A stretch of 64,000 nucleotides of DNA from a candidate division FCPU426 bacterium (GTDB lineage: Bacteria > Oederibacteriota > Muellerivitia > Muellerivitales > Muellerivitaceae): positions 1 through 64,000 of the forward strand of contig CAVTWJ010000001.1 in assembly GCA_963738405.1 (NCBI GenBank). Reading direction: 5' to 3'. Both the position numbers and the translations under genes were made by a program. Shown one piece after another: positions 58,855-64,000 of this stretch (position 1 is its first letter; every line of letters begins with the position of its first letter). The notes under the pieces were generated by a model. It worked only from the letters and a program-made list of their open reading frames with translations, did no database searches and was not told the DNA's origin.

Positions 58855-59289
58855 ATGGGAATCAAAAAAGGCTGGATCGAGAACCCGGCTCATCCGCGCG
58901 AGCCGATATTGACGGATTACCGGGTTTTACCCGCCTCGGATGCCGTCCTTATTCTGAAAGACCCCCAATACTCTAAGACCCCCTTTAAAGGCCAGGACCT
59001 GGCCCGAACGATAGCGTATTTACTCAAGAGCCAACCTGAGGAATTGACGGCGGGAAAGCTTCGCTATTGCAGCCAGGAACCGCTTCGAGATGGAATGGTT
59101 TTGGAAGTCACCCTCTTTCTGGCCGATTATCACTGTAAGCTAAAGTTTTTGGCACAGACCAACGCGGTTGGCTTTGAGGCGGAAATGAAAGAAATGGTCT
59201 TTAGCGTCGGTATGACGGTCTTGGCCGTCAATCGGGGTGACTTAGAACTGTTTAGCAAAATTATTGAGAATCGTAAGAAGAAAAGCTGA
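58855..59289 (+). CDS. Degenerate PilZ-like domain protein
   Basis: AHPREPI, ELTAGKLRY.S.EPL..G..LEV.L, VGMTVLAVN..D pattern. Confidence 0.55.
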   Translation: MGIKKGWIENPAHPREPILTDYRVLPASDAVLILKDPQYSKTPFKGQDLARTIAYLLKSQPEELTAGKLRYCSQEPLRDGMVLEVTLFLADYHCKLKFLAQTNAVGFEAEMKEMVFSVGMTVLAVNRGDLELFSKIIENRKKKS

Positions 59290-59506
59290 CAAGGTCTATT
59301 TTTTTTATTGAGGAAAAATGGGCTCTCGGGTTGTTTGCGAGTATGTGTTGGGTAAAACATTACTTGAGATGAAATTCCGTTATTTAGAGGCTTAATTTAA
59401 GCAAAGTAACTAGTAACTTATAGAAGAATCGTAAATCCCTTTCCCGCCTTCTTTTTCCCAGAGATTGAACTTCTAAAAAATACATGGCCAAATTTAAAAG
59501 GTAAAG

Positions 59507-59534
59507 TTAACCCGAATTTAACATTGTTGTGACG
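59507..59534 (+). promoter_or_regulatory. Candidate Pho box (11-bp phased half-sites)
   Basis: TTAACC (59507), TTAACA (59518), GTGACG (59529) upstream of the porin-pst operon. Confidence 0.45.
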
Positions 59535-59668
59535 TTACGCAATGACCCCATCTATAGAGTCTCCACGATTTTCCTGGACCTGGGTTTGGCTTCTTCCAAC
59601 GCACTTCAATGCGCTTTAGCAATCGAAGAACCCGGAGACGGGAAAAAAATAAATTCTGAGGAGACGAT

Positions 59669-61177
59669 ATGAAACGGTCTTGGTTGTTTGCACTTTTCTT
59701 GACCGGAACGCTGGCGGTCCTGACCGCTCCGGCTTCCGCCAAGATGGACAATGGAGATTCGATGGACAACTCCACGCAGGATTCGATTGATAACCTACGG
59801 GATGATCTTAATTCCGCGATGGGTTCTCAGTCTGCCCGCTTGGCGGCCATCGAAAAGCAGTTGGGCTTGAAGATCTTTGGCGATGTGCGAGTTCGTTATA
59901 ACCTTCGCACCCAATCGCAAAGCAACCCTTCTTCGGCTACTACTCGATTTGCCGTGGGTGTCCCTGGAACCATTTCTGACCAGGCCATTGGCCGTTACCG
60001 TGCTCGTCTCGGAGCTAAGCTGGCTTCTGGCGATTTTTCGGGTGGGCTGCGCTTGGCCACTGGTTCGGGCAACGCAAATAGTGAAAATAACACCTTTGCC
60101 AACGGGTTTCAAAACCCCGCTATGATCATCGATCTGGCCTATTTGACCTACACGCCAACCTTCACGGATGGAAAGTTGATGTTGACAGTAGGGAAAATGG
60201 GTAATCCCCTTATGAATACGCCTATGACCTGGGATCCGGATATTGACCCGGAAGGCGCTGCGTTAGCTTATGACTTCGGGGGAGACACCAAGGCGCGGAT
60301 CACCTATTTCGACTTGGCGAATCCGGCTGGCACAACCCAAACAGTTACTGACTCTGGAACTGGCTCTGACGAGTACATGGTTAATCTTCAGTTAGAACAT
60401 CTGTTCAAGCTGGATGCTACCAATTCCGTGAATCTGATGTTGGGATATGAGTACATCCCCAATGGAACAGCCTTGGTTGGTGGTACAAATCCAAGTGGTT
60501 TTACTAATGGTTATGTCAATCTGCCAACTTTGGCCTTGAAGGGTTCCAATGGACCTATCGGTTCAGGAAACTTTGTTGATTACGGCGGAGTGGTTCCTGA
60601 TTTCGCCATCGGCGAAGGCATGTTGACTATTAAGCATGCGAAGAATGCCATGGACAACAATGATTTTCCCTTGGCATTAACCATTCATCTAATCAATAAC
60701 TTTGATTCGTTCAATATGCCTAATGGTTATTTCGCGACGGCTTACAATTCTTCTGCCGCTGTCACGACAGCCGCCCAGCAAAATGCGGCCTTGGGAAGCA
60801 AGAACCAAGGTTATAGCAATTTCACCAACCAGTACGGTTTCTATATTGAGGCTTCCGCTGGGGATACGGCCAAGGGTGACTTCCTTGGAAAGCTTGCGGT
60901 TTCCTACGTGGAACCGAATGCCCAGTTGGCCAACTTGGCCAGCGACGACGCCAACTTCACCAATACCGAGTATCTGTTCGAACAGGTCGGATATGGGCTT
61001 GAAGACAACGTGGTCTTCTTGTTGTCGGCCTGGGAATTGCAAAATGTTTATAACCTTTACGGTCCGCCAAACAATCTGTTGACGGGTAACGGCAACGGTG
61101 CGGCTGCTGGCCAGTTACGGGGCAATAGCACCAGCCCTGAACTTCAGCTCTATGCCGATTGCGTGTTGAGCCTGTAA
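59669..61177 (+). CDS. Putative porin associated with the pst operon
   Basis: Signal peptide, coiled coil, GDVRVRY, RYRARLG, LATG, DLAYL, GKMGNP..WDPDIDPEG. Confidence 0.82.
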   Translation: MKRSWLFALFLTGTLAVLTAPASAKMDNGDSMDNSTQDSIDNLRDDLNSAMGSQSARLAAIEKQLGLKIFGDVRVRYNLRTQSQSNPSSATTRFAVGVPGTISDQAIGRYRARLGAKLASGDFSGGLRLATGSGNANSENNTFANGFQNPAMIIDLAYLTYTPTFTDGKLMLTVGKMGNPLMNTPMTWDPDIDPEGAALAYDFGGDTKARITYFDLANPAGTTQTVTDSGTGSDEYMVNLQLEHLFKLDATNSVNLMLGYEYIPNGTALVGGTNPSGFTNGYVNLPTLALKGSNGPIGSGNFVDYGGVVPDFAIGEGMLTIKHAKNAMDNNDFPLALTIHLINNFDSFNMPNGYFATAYNSSAAVTTAAQQNAALGSKNQGYSNFTNQYGFYIEASAGDTAKGDFLGKLAVSYVEPNAQLANLASDDANFTNTEYLFEQVGYGLEDNVVFLLSAWELQNVYNLYGPPNNLLTGNGNGAAAGQLRGNSTSPELQLYADCVLSL

Positions 61178-61296
61178 GAGATCCTTTTGGGGGCCGCCCG
61201 ATAGTCAGGGAATCGGGTTGGCCCCTCCCCCCTTTTCTGAGGGGAATGGCCCTGACAATAACGCAGAACCAAATTTGAAATGACAGGAGCAACAGG

Positions 61297-62322
61297 ATGA
61301 ACAAGTTCCAGAAAGTAATGGTCGGCGCTTTGGCTGCCGCCGTGATGGCCGGAGCCACCGTGGCGAAAGCAGGAGTGGCTTTGAACGGAGCGGGAGCTAC
61401 CTTTCCCTACCCGATTTATTCGAAGTGGTTTTACGAGTACAACAAGTCGAACGGCGTACCAATCAACTACCAGTCCATCGGCTCGGGCGGCGGAATTCAG
61501 CAGTTGACCGCCGGGACCGTTGACTTCGGGGCCTCGGACGCTCCCATGACCGACGATCAGATTTCGAAAGTCAAACAGGGTGTCTTGCACTTCCCGACGG
61601 TGGCGGGCGCGGTTGCGGTTGCCTACAACGTCACGGGTGTGGACAAGGGCCTGAAGCTGGACTCCAAGACCTTGGCCAACATCTACTTGGGCGTTGTCAC
61701 CAAGTGGAATGATCCTTCGATCGCTGACTTGAACCCCGGCGTTTCTTTGCCGGATTTGGACATCACGGTGGCTCACCGCTCCGATGGAAGCGGAACCTCC
61801 AACATCTTTACCAACTACCTCTCCAAGGTGAGTTCTGCCTGGGCTTCCACCGTTGGTTTCGGTACTGCGGTGAAATGGCCTGTGGGTAACGGCGGCAAAG
61901 GCAACGAGGGTGTGGCGGGATTGATTCAGCAGATTCCTGGCTGCGTGGGCTATGTGGAATTGGCCTATGCCATCAAGAACAAGCTGCCTTACGCCAACAT
62001 TCAGAACAAGGCCGGTAATTTCGTTGAGCCGACCCTGGAATCCACCACCGCGGCTGCCGAGGGTGCTGTGAAGAAAATGCCCCCCGACTTCCGCATGATG
62101 ATCACCAACGCTTCCGGCGCCGATGCCTATCCCATCTGCGGGTTCACTTGGCTCCTGATCTATAAGAACTATTCGGACAGCGCCACGGGCAAGACCATCA
62201 CCGATTTCTTGAACTGGTATTTGAGCACCGGAGAAGGCATGGCCAAGGACTTGTACTATGCCCCGTTGCCCGATTCCTTGATCAAGAGGGTTCAAGCCAA
62301 GATCGCTCAAGTTAAGTTTTAA
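61297..62322 (+). CDS. pstS: Phosphate ABC transporter binding protein
   Basis: GAGATFPYP, YQSIGSGGG, DFGASDAP, HRSDGSGT. Confidence 0.97.
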   Translation: MNKFQKVMVGALAAAVMAGATVAKAGVALNGAGATFPYPIYSKWFYEYNKSNGVPINYQSIGSGGGIQQLTAGTVDFGASDAPMTDDQISKVKQGVLHFPTVAGAVAVAYNVTGVDKGLKLDSKTLANIYLGVVTKWNDPSIADLNPGVSLPDLDITVAHRSDGSGTSNIFTNYLSKVSSAWASTVGFGTAVKWPVGNGGKGNEGVAGLIQQIPGCVGYVELAYAIKNKLPYANIQNKAGNFVEPTLESTTAAAEGAVKKMPPDFRMMITNASGADAYPICGFTWLLIYKNYSDSATGKTITDFLNWYLSTGEGMAKDLYYAPLPDSLIKRVQAKIAQVKF

Positions 62323-62333
62323 CGGAATAGAAA

Positions 62334-63497
62334 TTGAATAATAGTACGAACGAAGCTGTAGCGAATGGGAGGGCCCCCAAGGCCCTCCCATTTTCTTCTT
62401 CCGCCCATTCCTCCCGCCTAATGGATCAGCTGTTCCATGGGTTTACGTTTTTCATGGCCTTGATGATTCTTATCTTGGCGGTCATGACGGCCGTCACGCT
62501 TTTGATCGCGGCCCAGCCCTCCATTCAATTATCCGGCTGGAATTTCCTTTTCAGCAGTGACTGGGATCCGGTTAAGGGAGTCTTTGGCTGTGTCCCTTTC
62601 GTTTATGGCACGCTTGTTTCTTCTCTGATTGCCCTCCTCATCGCCACCCCCCTGGGGCTCGGCATTTCCTTGTTTTTAACTGAACTGGCCCCGATGAAAT
62701 TGCGGGATCCGGTGGCTTTCGTCGTTGAGATTTTGGCGGCCATTCCCAGCGTGGTTTACGGCTTGTGGGGCATCTTTCTTTTGGCGCCGTTTATGAGGGT
62801 CCATATAGATCCTTTGCTGATTAAATTCGGAAATCCGATCGTGGTGGGCCTCTTTGGGGTCACTGTGGCGATTGTGGTTTACGCGATTCTGAAATCTTTC
62901 AATCTCTCCGAACACATGCCGGATTTGAAAAAGAACGAAAATTTTCTAATGGCAGGCGTGGGAATCTTAGTTGGATTGTTTATGGGGAGCCTGGCCCAGC
63001 ACGTCATCACGGCTTATCCGCTCTTCAAGGGCCCCTCGACCGGGTTGTCGCTGTTTACGGCGGGCGTCATCCTTTCGATCATGATCCTTCCCACGATCAC
63101 CGCCATCAGCCGCGAGGTATTTGAGGCCGTTCCCAACAGCCAGAGGGAATCGGCAAGGGCTTTGGGAGCTACCAGTTGGGAAACCATTGAACTGGCTGTT
63201 TTGAAACCATCCAAAGTCGGCATCCTGGGAGCCTTGATGCTGGCCATGGGACGGGCTTTGGGAGAAACCATGGCGGTCACCATGGTCATCGGCAATAACC
63301 CCCAAGTTTCGACGAACCTATTGGCGGGGGCTCACAGCATGGCCAGCGTCATCGCCAACGAATTTTCAGAGGCTGTGAGTGATATTCATATCGCGGCACT
63401 GGCTGAGATCGGCCTTTTGCTGATGGTGATCACCTTCGTTTTGAATGTTGTGGCGAACCTTCTGGTTTGGGTGACGACCTCCAAGTACCAGCGTTAA
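62334..63497 (+). CDS. pstC: Phosphate ABC transporter permease
   Basis: YGTLVSS, LAAIPSVVYGLWG, RALGETMAVTMVIGN. Confidence 0.96.
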   Translation: MNNSTNEAVANGRAPKALPFSSSAHSSRLMDQLFHGFTFFMALMILILAVMTAVTLLIAAQPSIQLSGWNFLFSSDWDPVKGVFGCVPFVYGTLVSSLIALLIATPLGLGISLFLTELAPMKLRDPVAFVVEILAAIPSVVYGLWGIFLLAPFMRVHIDPLLIKFGNPIVVGLFGVTVAIVVYAILKSFNLSEHMPDLKKNENFLMAGVGILVGLFMGSLAQHVITAYPLFKGPSTGLSLFTAGVILSIMILPTITAISREVFEAVPNSQRESARALGATSWETIELAVLKPSKVGILGALMLAMGRALGETMAVTMVIGNNPQVSTNLLAGAHSMASVIANEFSEAVSDIHIAALAEIGLLLMVITFVLNVVANLLVWVTTSKYQR

Positions 63498-63513
63498 AAG
63501 TAAGGGGAGAACA

Positions 63514-64000
63514 ATGTTTGATATAACCTCACGCAGGCATTTTGTGGATCGGATGATGTTGTTTTTGTGCGGAGCGGCGTCATTTATTGCCATGATTCCC
63601 TTGGTGAGCCTTCTCATGTATGTTCTGCTTCAAGGGTTCAAACGATTGGATTGGGTTTTCCTGACCCATCTACCCACCCCGGTGGGCGTGGATGGCGGCG
63701 GTATGGCGAATGCCATCCTTGGAACTATCACCCTTATGATCATTGCTTCTTTGGTTGGGTTACCCATTGGAGTTTTCGCCGGGGTTTATCTTTCGGAATA
63801 CGGAAAGAAGAACACTTTCGCCTGGTGGGTGCGGTTTACGGCGGACGTGCTTTCCGGGGTTCCATCCATCGTCACGGGCATCGTGGCCTATACCCTAATA
63901 GTAAAGACCACCCATCACTTCTCAGCGCTGGCCGGTGGAGTGGCCCTGGGGTTTATGATGATTCCCATCGTTTCTCGTACTACCGAGGAATTGGTGAAAT
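63514..64000 (+). CDS. pstA: Phosphate ABC transporter permease (3' end outside the window)
   Basis: My translation from ATG 63514: GGMANAILGT, GVYLSEY, DVLSGVPSIVTG, IPIVSRTTEE. Confidence 0.93.
   Translation, partial: MFDITSRRHFVDRMMLFLCGAASFIAMIPLVSLLMYVLLQGFKRLDWVFLTHLPTPVGVDGGGMANAILGTITLMIIASLVGLPIGVFAGVYLSEYGKKNTFAWWVRFTADVLSGVPSIVTGIVAYTLIVKTTHHFSALAGGVALGFMMIPIVSRTTEELVK

Noticed and set aside
61150..62391. 413-aa minus-strand ORF
   Set aside because: Antisense shadow of pstS caused by codon bias; the same applies to long antisense ORFs over the MCPs, cheR, thrC, murI and the SDR

Overview
Bacterial chromosomal window from a diderm organism (TonB-dependent receptor, porin, lipoproteins), about 50-55% GC by eye, with no rRNA, tRNA, integrase, transposase or CRISPR detected. 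Layout: (1) 1-14.2 kb, a chemosensory operon (cheA-cheW-TBDR-yfiR-like-CHASE8 MCP-orf-cheW-MCP-cheR-cheD-cheY-cheB-dual REC-orf) followed by an EAL phosphodiesterase. (2) An orphan ADP-ribosyltransferase-like gene, mrdA-rodA and aspartate-family amino acid genes (two aminotransferases, hom, thrC, aspartokinase, cimA, murI), then fur and greA. (3) A SAM-I riboswitch leading a second, Zn-ribbon threonine-synthase-like gene, whose usual partners (sulfur carrier, NIL protein, ThiF-like protein, cysK) lie about 12.4 kb downstream beyond a block of accessory genes. That block holds a REP/MITE-like element (a second copy lies just beyond it) and a dense non-coding palindrome and repeat cluster at 41.7-42.1 kb. 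(4) nifJ with a DHOD-like gene, a duplicated Cys-rich PAS-like gene flanking glutathione peroxidase, and a porin-pstSCA operon. The best candidate for an undescribed system is the TonB-receptor / YfiR / CHASE8-chemoreceptor module wired into the Che pathway, with its own sigma54 promoter and a c-di-GMP phosphodiesterase downstream. All calls come from reading motifs by eye; no searches were run.
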